A stretch of DNA of 64,000 bases from Candidatus Bathyarchaeota archaeon (GTDB lineage: Archaea > Thermoproteota > Bathyarchaeia > Bathyarchaeales > Bathycorpusculaceae), in contig CAVRFW010000009.1 of NCBI GenBank assembly GCA_963720565.1, forward strand, positions 352,001 through 416,000, written 5' to 3'. A model generated the notes under the pieces. That model ran no database searches. It had not been told where the DNA came from and worked only from the letters and a program-made list of their open reading frames with translations. Of this stretch, positions 11,990 through 20,315 are shown one piece after another. The position numbers and the translations under genes are program-made. Every line of letters begins with the position of its first letter. Position 1 is the first letter of the stretch.

Positions 11990-12949
11990 GTGGGTCTTTG
12001 GAAACTTCGTTTGTCAATGGTTGCGACTCTGGCCGTGATCTTTGGTTTGTCTACTCTTGTTTTTGCAGTTGTTATGAGCTTGGCAGGCGTTTTTAACATA
12101 GTGACACTTGGTGTTTTAGTCGTAGTTATTAACGTTGTACAATGGCTTATAGCACCTTACGTGGTTGGTGCTCTATACAAAGTGCGTGAGCTCGGAGAAA
12201 CTGAGAAACCAGAGTTGTATCAGACCGTTAAGGATCTCAGCGTGAAAAGCAACATATCTATGCCGAAGTTGATGCTGGCGCGGATTCCGCTTCCGAACGC
12301 GTTTGCGTATGGTTCCCCGCTCAGTGGCAATAGAATCGCTGTCACGGAAGGTCTCTTGAATACTTTAGATTCGGGTGAAGTTGAGGCTGTGGTGGGGCAC
12401 GAATTGGGCCACTTGAAGCACAGGGACGTGCAGGTTATGATGGTAGTTTCTTTCCTGCCAGCGTTGTTCTATTACATTGGTTATTCACTTATGCTCTCGT
12501 TCGCGGGTCAGGGTCAGCGTAGAAACGATGGGTACAGCTCTCTTGTGGGTATAGCTTTCATGGCTTTCTCCTTTGTGCTTAACTTGTTCATTCTATACCT
12601 GAGCAGGCTGCGTGAATACTTTGCTGATAGGCACAGCGTTTCTGTAGTTGACGGAGGAGCGCAGAAACTCTCCATGGGACTGGCAAAGATAGTCAGTGCG
12701 ACCCGAAAAACGAGCACTCCTCAGAAGAGTGGAACAAATCTGAATGCTTTCAAAGCATTGTTCATCTCCGACCCTGACAAGGCAAACTTGGATTCAGAAG
12801 CCATTGCCGGAATGCAATCTCAGAATAGCAGAGATTTGGTTCAAGCCATAATTTCTAAGGAACCGACTTTTGCGGACAATTTTGCTGAGGCATTTTCGAC
12901 TCACCCAAACATAATCAAACGCCTGCGAGCATTGCAACAGCTGCAATAG
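11990..12949 (+). CDS. htpX: Zinc metalloprotease HtpX (M48)
   Basis: PNAFAYG, HELGH, SRLREYFAD, STHP...RL. Confidence 0.92.
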   Translation: MGLWKLRLSMVATLAVIFGLSTLVFAVVMSLAGVFNIVTLGVLVVVINVVQWLIAPYVVGALYKVRELGETEKPELYQTVKDLSVKSNISMPKLMLARIPLPNAFAYGSPLSGNRIAVTEGLLNTLDSGEVEAVVGHELGHLKHRDVQVMMVVSFLPALFYYIGYSLMLSFAGQGQRRNDGYSSLVGIAFMAFSFVLNLFILYLSRLREYFADRHSVSVVDGGAQKLSMGLAKIVSATRKTSTPQKSGTNLNAFKALFISDPDKANLDSEAIAGMQSQNSRDLVQAIISKEPTFADNFAEAFSTHPNIIKRLRALQQLQ

Positions 12950-13044
12950 CCTTTCCGACGGCAATTTTTTTAGGAATCATGTGGTTTGGGGAAAACTTAA
13001 AGCCTCTAAGCCTGCTATCTGAGTATTCATCGGAGGATGCTGCA

Positions 13045-14271
13045 GTGCTTAATCAGAAGCTTTTTCACGAAATTGAAAAGTTGGAGGCGCAGATGGTTGA
13101 AACGCTGATGGAGCTGGTCCGGATTCCGGCAATAGGGCCTGAAAACGGGGGCGACGGAGAATCCAGGAAGGCTGAAAAACTCGAGAAAATATTAAGTGCC
13201 GCTGGTTTTGACAAGATCGACCATTTCGATGCGGAGGATTCTCGGGTTTCTTCTGGAAAACGGCCCAATCTGGTTGCCTATTCTTATGGAGACAACGACG
13301 CCGCAAGGCTTTGGATAGTTACCCACATAGACGTTGTTCCAGCGGGAGATGAAACGCTTTGGACGGTTACAAAACCTTTTGAGCCAGTTTTGAAGGAGAA
13401 TCGTGTTTACGGCAGAGGCGCCGAGGACAACGGGCAATCGCTTATTGCTTCGTTGTTTGCCCTAAAAGCTATGAAGCGGTTAGGATTGAAACCGAAAAGG
13501 ACTGTTGCTCTGGCTTTTGTTTCGGATGAAGAACAAGGAAACAAGTTAGGCATTCAGCATCTGATAAAGAAAGGGCTTTTCAGAAAAGACGATTTGATCG
13601 TGGTTCCTGACGGCGGTAGCCCAGATGGGGGCTTCATAGAAGTGGCTGAGAAGAGCATTCTATGGTTCAGGCTTCACACGTTGGGAAAACAGACTCATGC
13701 TAGCCTTCCCAATAAAGGCTTAAACGCGCACCGAGTCGGCATGCGGGTTGCCCTAGCGTTGGACACGATGCTGCATGAGAAGTACCCTATCAAGGATGAG
13801 CGGTTCGACGTGCCAGAAAGCACTTTTGAAATCACCAAGAAAGAAAACAACGTTGACGCAGTAAACGTAATCCCCGGCGAGGACACCGTGTACTTTGACT
13901 GCCGGATTCTACCCATCTATGATGTCGACAGAGTTCTCGCAGAAATCAAAAGAGTAGTGGCTGCTTACGAGAAAGAGACGGGCGCAAAAATCACTCTTGA
14001 CATTCTGCAAAAACAAGTCTCGCCAAAAACGAGAGATGACACCTCAGAGATCGCGGTTCTCCTAAAGAAAGCGGTTAAGGCGTCGAGAGGAATAGAAGCA
14101 CGAGTCGGTGGTCTTGGTGGAGGAACTTGCGCTGCTTTCTTCAGAAAAGCGGGCTTTCCCGCCGTGGTTTGGAGCACCGTAGATGAGGTAGCTCATCAAT
14201 CCAACGAGTATTCCAAAGTGGGCAATATTGTGAATGATGCTAAGGTGTTTGCGTTGCTGGCTTTGAGCTAG
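13045..14271 (+). CDS. M20-family metallohydrolase (ArgE/DapE-like)
   Basis: HIDVVP, YGRGAED, SDEE, GKQTHAS, NVIPG, AHQSNEY. Confidence 0.88.
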   Translation: MLNQKLFHEIEKLEAQMVETLMELVRIPAIGPENGGDGESRKAEKLEKILSAAGFDKIDHFDAEDSRVSSGKRPNLVAYSYGDNDAARLWIVTHIDVVPAGDETLWTVTKPFEPVLKENRVYGRGAEDNGQSLIASLFALKAMKRLGLKPKRTVALAFVSDEEQGNKLGIQHLIKKGLFRKDDLIVVPDGGSPDGGFIEVAEKSILWFRLHTLGKQTHASLPNKGLNAHRVGMRVALALDTMLHEKYPIKDERFDVPESTFEITKKENNVDAVNVIPGEDTVYFDCRILPIYDVDRVLAEIKRVVAAYEKETGAKITLDILQKQVSPKTRDDTSEIAVLLKKAVKASRGIEARVGGLGGGTCAAFFRKAGFPAVVWSTVDEVAHQSNEYSKVGNIVNDAKVFALLALS

Positions 14272-14334
14272 CATGTTTGGTAGCGTAACGATTTTAAGCC
14301 CTGACTGCTTGTCATTCTCAGCACTCCAATCGGC

Positions 14335-15039
14335 GTGATTGCATTGAGTAGAACTTCGCAGACAATTTGTCAGGCTAGACTTGAAGGTCGGAAAGCCTTG
14401 CTGGAACCAGAAGCTAACAACATCTGCATGGAATACGGTATTCCCGTTGCCGCATTTAAGCTCGCCAAAAACGAAGACGAAGCAGTCAAATCAGCGGAAC
14501 AGTTGGGTTATCCCGTGGTTTTGAAGATTGTATCTCCTGACATACTTCACAAGTCAGACGTTGGTGGCGTTATCGTTAATCTGAGAAGCATTGCTGAAGT
14601 CAGGAGTGCTTACGCCAAGATCTTAGAAAACGCCAAGAAATACAATCCTGCAGTCCAAGTCACCGGTGTTTTGGTGCAAGAGATGGCTCCCAAGTCGACC
14701 GAGGTAATAGTGGGCGCAATAAAAGACTCTCAGTTTGGACAAACCCTGATGTTTGGGCTGGGAGGAATCTTCGTTGAACTCTTGAAAGATGTCACCCTAA
14801 AAATAGCTCCCATAACGGAGGCTGAAGCCGTGGAAATGATAACTGGAGTGAAAGCCTACCCCATTCTGAAAGGCTACCGGAACACGTTACCAGTTGATGT
14901 TGATGCCATAAAGGCGATTCTGCTTAGCACTTCGAGACTTGTTATGGAGAACCCGGAAATCAAGGAACTAGACTTGAACCCGGTCATGGTTTACGAGAAA
15001 GGCGCGAAAGCTGTAGACGCGCGAATCATACTGGAATAA
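14335..15039 (+). CDS. acdB: ADP-forming acetate/acyl-CoA ligase beta subunit (ATP-grasp)
   Basis: GYPVVLKIVSPDILHKSDVGGV, MFGLGGIFVE, ELDLNP, AVDARI. Confidence 0.9.
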   Translation: MIALSRTSQTICQARLEGRKALLEPEANNICMEYGIPVAAFKLAKNEDEAVKSAEQLGYPVVLKIVSPDILHKSDVGGVIVNLRSIAEVRSAYAKILENAKKYNPAVQVTGVLVQEMAPKSTEVIVGAIKDSQFGQTLMFGLGGIFVELLKDVTLKIAPITEAEAVEMITGVKAYPILKGYRNTLPVDVDAIKAILLSTSRLVMENPEIKELDLNPVMVYEKGAKAVDARIILE

Positions 15040-15140
15040 ACAACGCAATAGCCTGTAAAATATGCCTCCTCATGGGACAAAAGCAGAAGCACAGCGTTAA
15101 AATTATATCTTAATGTATTTACTATTCAAGTCTCTGTTGA

Positions 15141-15215
15141 GGGTCCGTGGCGCAGTACGGATAGCGCGTCAGCCTTCTAAGCTGAAAGTCATGGGTTCAA
15201 ATCCCATCGGACCCG
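15141..15215 (+). tRNA. tRNA-Arg(TCT), no intron, CCA not encoded
   Basis: Acceptor stem GGGTCCG/CGGACCC; anticodon arm TCAGC-CTTCTAA-GCTGA; T arm ATGGG-TTCAAAT-CCCAT. Confidence 0.96.
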
Positions 15216-15217
15216 CT

Positions 15218-15478
15218 TCAAATCTCAAATTCTGACTTGAATTGGGGAGTTTCTGGGTCAATAACTTTGCTTGTAGATGATTGACCTTGGTCAAGCTTGC
15301 TTAATTCCCCAAGTTTCTCCTTGACATATTCAATTGATTGTTTGTGGTAGTGGAATCCTTGTTTGTTCTTGTGTCTGGCTCTAGCGTAGCCTACGCTTCC
15401 ATCTTTACGGTAGAAAACTTGGATTGAACTGGGTTCTCCACATTCTGAGCATTCAAACCTGTAACATTTGATTTTCAA
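15218..15478 (-). mobile_element. Small CxxC ORF reading into the tRNA antisense strand; probable N-terminal fragment of a split (SSV-type) integrase
   Basis: Abuts the tRNA 3' end. A nearby frame continues FEAGPMGFEPMTFSLEG through the tRNA antisense, the geometry expected for att-split int genes. Confidence 0.55.
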
Positions 15479-15498
15479 TCTTTACAACTCCAAATATT

Positions 15499-15541
15499 TG
15501 GTTCCCTGGAGTGGTCAATTCTGCTTATAAGGACCATTAAA
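15499..15541. repeat. 43-bp repeat, copy 1 (upstream region of the int(N)-like ORF)
   Basis: TGGTTCCCTGGAGTGGTCAATTCTGCTTATAAGGACCATTAAA; 41/43 identical to 35106-35148. Confidence 0.9.
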
Positions 15542-15608
15542 GAACAATTTTGGAGCCTAAATGAGCTGAAGCTAAACCTAATTAGATGCTTCCAATGAAT
15601 AGGAAATT

Positions 15609-15914
15609 ATGCACAAGATGGTCCAGTATGCAATAACAGTTAACATCATATTGGCTTTGGCATTTGTTTATGGTAACTTTTCACTCTGGAGTTTTGTAAA
15701 TGCTGAGTACCCACTTCTGATTGCTAGCCATTGGAGTCCATTCCTAATTACTGCTCCACATTATTATTATAGTAACGGCGACCTTTCAATAGCTACAACA
15801 CTCTTCTTGGCATTCAATACACCATTTTGGATTTTCTGGATTATGTTAGCAGTAAACTTGGGCTTTATCATCTTGCTTGGAAGAAACAAAGAGGCAAAAC
15901 AAAACACAACATAG
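15609..15914 (+). CDS. Small two-TM membrane protein, cassette family A
   Basis: VN..L...F....LW...WSP.....N.PF..F......NL.FI..LGRNKEAKQNTT. Confidence 0.75.
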   Translation: MHKMVQYAITVNIILALAFVYGNFSLWSFVNAEYPLLIASHWSPFLITAPHYYYSNGDLSIATTLFLAFNTPFWIFWIMLAVNLGFIILLGRNKEAKQNTT

Positions 15915-16200
15915 AGTGCATCATTTTTTAGTGCGATCTAAAACAGTTTGACTGGTTGGGAAAAATGTGCGAATCTATGGTTACGTTAAGAGAACTTGTG
16001 AAGCTTCTTTATTGCATTCTCCAACCAACCCCAAGGGTTGCCTTCTAACCAAATCGGACTCTTGGGTTCTTCTGTCTGTTTGAAGAACTCTTTTAATCGC
16101 TTGACAAGTTTGTCAAGCCAAAGCCACGGATTGTCAAACCATGTACTTCAGGCATTTTCTCATCAACTAAAGCATATAACTCATGCCATACTCTTTTTGG

Positions 16201-16222
16201 TGCGTAGAGAAAACTTTACGGA
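16201..16222. repeat. Cassette site S1
   Basis: TGCGTAGAG-AAAA-CTTTACGGA, preceded by T-tract and GG. Confidence 0.9.
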
Positions 16223-16257
16223 AAATCTTAAAAGCCAATAGCCTTAAAGTTGTAGCC

Positions 16258-16517
16258 ATGTCAAAGCAATTGATGTTGATGGTTTTGTTTAATGCGTTGA
16301 TATGTCTGCTCTATGTGTTTTTCCATGTTTACCTTTCTACACAATCTAGCTATGTAGCGATGGAGGCTTTTTGCTTGGATGCACATGGAGCTGACCCAGC
16401 CTTTTGGACCACGCATTCGGAACTACTTTACTTGGCTATTCGTATTATCAACTTTGGCAAACCTGTACTTCATCATCAAGCTGGGAAGAGGCAGAGAGTG
16501 CAAAACAAAGCGCATAG
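16258..16517 (+). pseudogene. Family A membrane protein, frameshifted
   Basis: MSKQLMLMVLFNALICLLYVF, then NYFTWLFVLSTLANLYFIIKLGR in another frame. Confidence 0.65.
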
Positions 16518-16537
16518 AGTTCCTTATTCTTTTTTGT

Positions 16538-16559
16538 TGCGTAAAGAAAACTTTACTGA
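16538..16559. repeat. Cassette site S2
   Basis: TGCGTAAAG-AAAA-CTTTACTGA (perfect GTAAAG/CTTTAC dyad). Confidence 0.9.
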
Positions 16560-16596
16560 AAATCTTAAATCTGCAAAAAGTAGAAATAATCTAAAC

Positions 16597-16793
16597 ATGG
16601 GCTATAAGGGCTTACTGAGTTTTGCGTTGGTGGAGTCTTCCTTAACATTGCACTAAATATCATGTTATCTAGTTTTTTGGAAATGATGTTGCATTGATGG
16701 CTGTTCTGGTATGGTGTGCAGCATTGAGTTTTGTTGGTTTTCTGTTGTTGGGCTATGGACTAAATCAGAGAGGCAAAACAAAACACAACATAG
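16597..16793 (+). pseudogene. Small hydrophobic ORF, frameshifted, ending in the shared EAKQNTT* tail
   Basis: MGYKGLLSFALV start; 3' end AGAGGCAAAACAAAACACAACATAGAGTG identical to the end of the 15609-15914 gene. Confidence 0.5.
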
Positions 16794-16806
16794 AGTGTAC
16801 AGTTCA

Positions 16807-16828
16807 CTGGTAGAGAAAACTTTGCACA
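16807..16828. repeat. Cassette site S3
   Basis: CTGGTAGAG-AAAA-CTTTGCACA. Confidence 0.8.
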
Positions 16829-16871
16829 AAAACTAAATCTCAAAACATCTTCTATTACTCTGGGTGAGTAC

Positions 16872-17274
16872 ATGTCTAAGTGGCATGTGTTTGTTGCAAT
16901 AGTGTTAGTTTTCAATGTGTTAGCGGGAGTAGGTTTTGTTTTGCAAACAATATGTTGTGGGACTACCTGAATAAGCAAATTAATGAAGTAGGAGGTAACA
17001 AAGGGGAAGGTAATTTTGTGATACCGTTCATTTTGGATTCTGGTCTTCATGTGACTGTGGGTCATGAGTTTTGGTTTGAGAATGGGACTCTTGTTAACCT
17101 TGGACCTCTTCCAATAGGAGTTCCTAATTATTCCTTTCATTGTTTTCTGGGTTTACGCGGTGGGTAACTTGGGTTTCATAGCGTGTGCACGAGTTTTCAT
17201 GAAACAGGATTGAGCAGATTGCTAAGAAGAATGGAGACAGGATTGAGCAGATTGCTAAAAAGAATGGAGAATAG
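16872..17274 (+). pseudogene. Family A-like membrane protein, frameshifted, with C-terminal 11-aa duplication
   Basis: MSKWHVFVAIVLVFNVLAGVGF / NNMLWDYL / PNY / GNLGFI in shifting frames. Confidence 0.55.
17204..17269. repeat. 33-bp tandem duplication (2 copies, 1 mismatch)
   Basis: ACAGGATTGAGCAGATTGCTAA(G/A)AAGAATGGAG x2. Confidence 0.9.
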
Positions 17275-17313
17275 AACAGCGAAATAGAGAAACATCATAA
17301 TTCAAGCTTTTGG

Positions 17314-17335
17314 TGCGTAGAGAAAACTTTACTGT
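17314..17335. repeat. Cassette site S4, start of a ~90-bp block similar to 19276-19365
   Basis: TGCGTAGAG-AAAA-CTTTACTGT followed by GTATTCATAAAAA. Confidence 0.9.
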
Positions 17336-17403
17336 GTATTCATAAAAACCAAATATCCACAAATTTAACAGTTGAATGCTTAAGCCCTGCAGGAAGTCTA
17401 GCG

Positions 17404-17742
17404 TTGAAACATCCTAAACTTGTTTATGGAATCGTTGCAGTTTTGGGATTGTTCCTTCTGATTACACTTTTTTCTGTGGCTTTTCGGAATTCAATCAATT
17501 ATGGTTCAGGAGAGAATGTAATACTACCTCTTGATTTTATCTGGTTTTCGTTAATAGGTGGAACAATTTTCTTTACAGTTGGAACTTGCGGAGTTGGAAG
17601 GCAATACCTTAGGAACAGTCAAAACCCATTTACACGCAGGTCCGCAGACTCATATACGGTGCTTGCTGCAATTCTAATTCTGTCAATTGTATCTGTCCTG
17701 TTTCTGTATTTTTGGATGGGCAGCCTAACAGTTGGATTCTAA
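17404..17742 (+). CDS. Small three-TM membrane protein, cassette family B
   Basis: MKHPKLV.G.VAVLG..LL.T.F...G..GVGRQY. Confidence 0.75.
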   Translation: MKHPKLVYGIVAVLGLFLLITLFSVAFRNSINYGSGENVILPLDFIWFSLIGGTIFFTVGTCGVGRQYLRNSQNPFTRRSADSYTVLAAILILSIVSVLFLYFWMGSLTVGF

Positions 17743-17762
17743 AATCACTATGGAGCTAAACG

Positions 17763-18077
17763 ATGAAACATCCCAAGCTTGTTAATGGTTTTGTTGCAGT
17801 TTTGGGAATTGTTCTTCTAACAATATTCTTTCTCATTCTAAGAACTCTGTTTGGAGTTCCTTTTGGGATGTTTGAACTTTGGGTTTTTAGCTCACTGTTG
17901 GTATGTTTTGTCATTAATGGAATAATTGGCACAGCTGGAATACTTGGAGTTGGAAGGCGATATTTCAAAGATAATCAGAAGTTTGTGCCTGCTGTCCTTT
18001 TGATTCAATCATCATTGACCATAATCTTGTTATATATGTCGCTGGTACTCCCTCTTTCCAGAGTATATCTCCTCTAA
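17763..18077 (+). CDS. Small three-TM membrane protein, family B tandem paralog
   Basis: MKHPKLVNGFVAVLGIVLLTIFF...GILGVGRRYF. Confidence 0.75.
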   Translation: MKHPKLVNGFVAVLGIVLLTIFFLILRTLFGVPFGMFELWVFSSLLVCFVINGIIGTAGILGVGRRYFKDNQKFVPAVLLIQSSLTIILLYMSLVLPLSRVYLL

Positions 18078-18131
18078 AAGGAAATCCATACACCATATTC
18101 AATTGTTGAAAAATCAATATGGGATAATGCG

Positions 18132-18611
18132 TTATTCTTTTTTGGTGCGTAGAGGAAACTTTGCTTTGTATAAAATCAAGATTCCACAAGCTATGGTGAC
18201 AAGTCCAGATGCTAGAAATTCTATTTGAACTAGAACAAAGTACATTATTAAGAGATTGATAGTGGGAAGAAGCAAAATGCAGCCTAATACCTGAAATCCT
18301 ACGCCCATCGCGTTGCTGGGTTGCTGTGATGTTATTGAACCGTATGTCAGCATTACTATTCCGCATGTTAGAGCAAAAAGTCCTAGTATTGCGTACGGAA
18401 AGACAACAAGGATAAAGTCTGGATAATAAATAAATCCAGAAACAACTATTTGGGAAAGTCCAGTGATGCCCCAGAACAAGGCTACTTTTCGATAGTGTGC
18501 TGGGTATCCTAGCAAGGCAACTATTCCTGCTATGATGAATGCTCCCATTAGCCATGTATAATACTGTACATAATCCCACATTGGAGGAATTGGGACAGGT
18601 GAAAATGACAT
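18132..18611 (-). CDS. Multi-TM hypothetical membrane protein, oriented opposite to the array
   Basis: Several hydrophobic helices; last codons (KFPLRTKKE*) are encoded by site S5 and its flank. Confidence 0.7.
   Translation of the reverse strand: MSFSPVPIPPMWDYVQYYTWLMGAFIIAGIVALLGYPAHYRKVALFWGITGLSQIVVSGFIYYPDFILVVFPYAILGLFALTCGIVMLTYGSITSQQPSNAMGVGFQVLGCILLLPTINLLIMYFVLVQIEFLASGLVTIACGILILYKAKFPLRTKKE
18146..18167. repeat. Cassette site S5
   Basis: TGCGTAGAG-GAAA-CTTTGCTTT. Confidence 0.85.
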
Positions 18612-18685
18612 GCTAATTGCAACTGCTCTTAGTGTTTGTTTTCTATGTGTCTTCTTATTATGATAGTTTTGCTTAAGAAATTTGG

Positions 18686-18707
18686 TGTGTAGAGATAACT
18701 TTTCAGA
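18686..18707. repeat. Cassette site S6
   Basis: TGTGTAGAG-ATAA-CTTTTCAGA. Confidence 0.8.
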
Positions 18708-18751
18708 AAAATTAAATCCCAAATGCTCTTCTATTGTATCAGGGTGGGTCC

Positions 18752-19066
18752 GTGTTTAAACAGCTGAAACTTGTTATTTTGGTTAATGTTGTGTTGGGTT
18801 TGCTTTTTGTTATTTCTGACTATTTTTTATGGAGTTTTATTCGTTGGGAGAGCTGGAGTTACAATGGTGCAGTGCCAAGTTGGTCTCCTCTATTCATAAC
18901 ACCTACTTACCAGCCACCAATTGAGCCAAGACCTTACATTTTAGCACCTACTCCAGTGCCACATCTGAATATTCCTTTTCTACTGTTCTTGGCAATGTTT
19001 GTAACAAACATGTACTTCATGGTTAAGCTTGGAAGAAACAAAGAGGCAAAACAAAACATAACCTAG
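18752..19066 (+). CDS. Family A small membrane protein
   Basis: VN..LGLLF....LWSFI...WSPLFIT...NIPFLLF...NMYFMVKLGRNKEAKQNIT. Confidence 0.75.
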   Translation: MFKQLKLVILVNVVLGLLFVISDYFLWSFIRWESWSYNGAVPSWSPLFITPTYQPPIEPRPYILAPTPVPHLNIPFLLFLAMFVTNMYFMVKLGRNKEAKQNIT

Positions 19067-19079
19067 AGTGTGATTGGAA

Positions 19080-19226
19080 ATGAGCGATTCTAAACCAGTA
19101 AGATGCCAAAAATGTGGAAGACCTGTGGGCTACATTACTGTGTTAGTTAAAGGTCTGATGGGCTTGCAGCAGCCTATACATGATTTAAAAATTTTAGCAG
19201 TTTGCATGGACTGTTCAAAAAAGTGA
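19080..19226 (+). CDS. 48-aa zinc-finger microprotein (not in the ORF track)
   Basis: MSDSKPVRCQKCGRPVGYITV...LAVCMDCSKK*, two CxxC motifs. Confidence 0.65.
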   Translation: MSDSKPVRCQKCGRPVGYITVLVKGLMGLQQPIHDLKILAVCMDCSKK

Positions 19227-19281
19227 GTGGCTCAAGCTTTCAACACAGAGCTAGCTTTCAGAAACACAAATGAAGTTTTGG

Positions 19282-19303
19282 TGCGTAGAGAAAACTTTAC
19301 TGT
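19282..19303. repeat. Cassette site S7
   Basis: TGCGTAGAG-AAAA-CTTTACTGT. Confidence 0.9.
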
Positions 19304-19441
19304 GTATTCATAAAAATCAAATATTCACAACTTTAGCCAATTGACTGCTTAAGCCTCGCAGGAAAATCGTTAAACATTTAGTGTCTGTTTGAGGTATTGG
19401 GAATTAGGAGGCAGTCTCAAAGATAATCGAGGACTATTTAC

Positions 19442-19852
19442 ATGTACTGTTCTCATAATTCCATTTTGCATCTTTGCTTATTTCATGGCAATATGGTGGG
19501 TGGTCTAACCATTGCAAAAATCAGGAAAAAGAGAAATGGATTCATGGCAGTCTTGGGAATTGTTTTTCTAATCTTTGTTGCTCTGCCTTGGAGTCTTGCT
19601 GATTGGTTTGACCTATTGGCATTTGTGCACTCCAAACAGCTTCTTGAGGATGTTTCTAGTGGTATTCGCACATTCTTGTTCTTCTTTGGCGGAATACTTT
19701 TTCTAGCTCTTGGAATATTTGGAATTGGAAAGCAATATTTCTTCAAAAACATGTCTAAAAGGTTGTTTTGGTTTCATGTTGTTTTAGTTTTATTGCTCAT
19801 CTTTAGCTTGTTTTTTTATTTTTGGAGTAAAGCACTATCCATTGGATGCTAA
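19442..19852 (+). CDS. Family B membrane protein fused to the decayed remnant of an upstream family B paralog; true start probably near 19512
   Basis: NGFMAVLGIVFL...GIFGIGKQYF...FFYFWSKALSIG; upstream MVGGLTI resembles WMGSLTV of the 17404 gene. Confidence 0.65.
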   Translation: MYCSHNSILHLCLFHGNMVGGLTIAKIRKKRNGFMAVLGIVFLIFVALPWSLADWFDLLAFVHSKQLLEDVSSGIRTFLFFFGGILFLALGIFGIGKQYFFKNMSKRLFWFHVVLVLLLIFSLFFYFWSKALSIGC

Positions 19853-19889
19853 AGCGCGCGCGGTTTCTGCATTTGGTTGTGTGTGCTTC

Positions 19890-20120
19890 TTAGGGTACAA
19901 CCAGCACGGTTTGAGTTGCACGTATGTTTGTGATTGTTCTTATTTTGTAAGTAATGATGTGTTTGAGTCTATCCATTGTTTCTGTTTTCACCTTTGCAAC
20001 AATATCATAAACTCCGTACACCATTCCAGCTTCTTCCACGCCCTCTATTGCTTTTACTTTTTTAAGAACCTCTGGCATCGCTGCTGGTTCAGTGTTTATG
20101 AAAACGAAGGCCGTTGGCAA
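19890..20120 (-). CDS. Stand-alone Lrp/AsnC ligand-binding (RAM) domain protein
   Basis: AFVFINTE.....V...VK.I.GV.EA.MVYGVYDIVAKV. Confidence 0.85.
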   Translation of the reverse strand: MPTAFVFINTEPAAMPEVLKKVKAIEGVEEAGMVYGVYDIVAKVKTETMDRLKHIITYKIRTITNIRATQTVLVVP

Positions 20121-20315
20121 AAAAATCTCCTCGAAATTATAACTATGTACGTTCTGGTATTTTTCAGTGTCGCTTGTTGGGGAATTTGGTTATTGGCTTT
20201 CGATTCGCGTGGTATAATGATTGCGTAAAATTCGAGAAAGAAAATCGGCATCGTTAATTCGCATTAAATCCTTTTATTTTGTAGAGCTGAAGTAAATTGC
20301 AGCGTGAAGACTTAG

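Noticed and set aside
16201..19303. CRISPR array or classical integron attC array
   Set aside because: Intervals are 269-832 bp and contain ORFs; no cas genes; no RYYYAAC...GTTRRRY hairpins; no IntI in the window.
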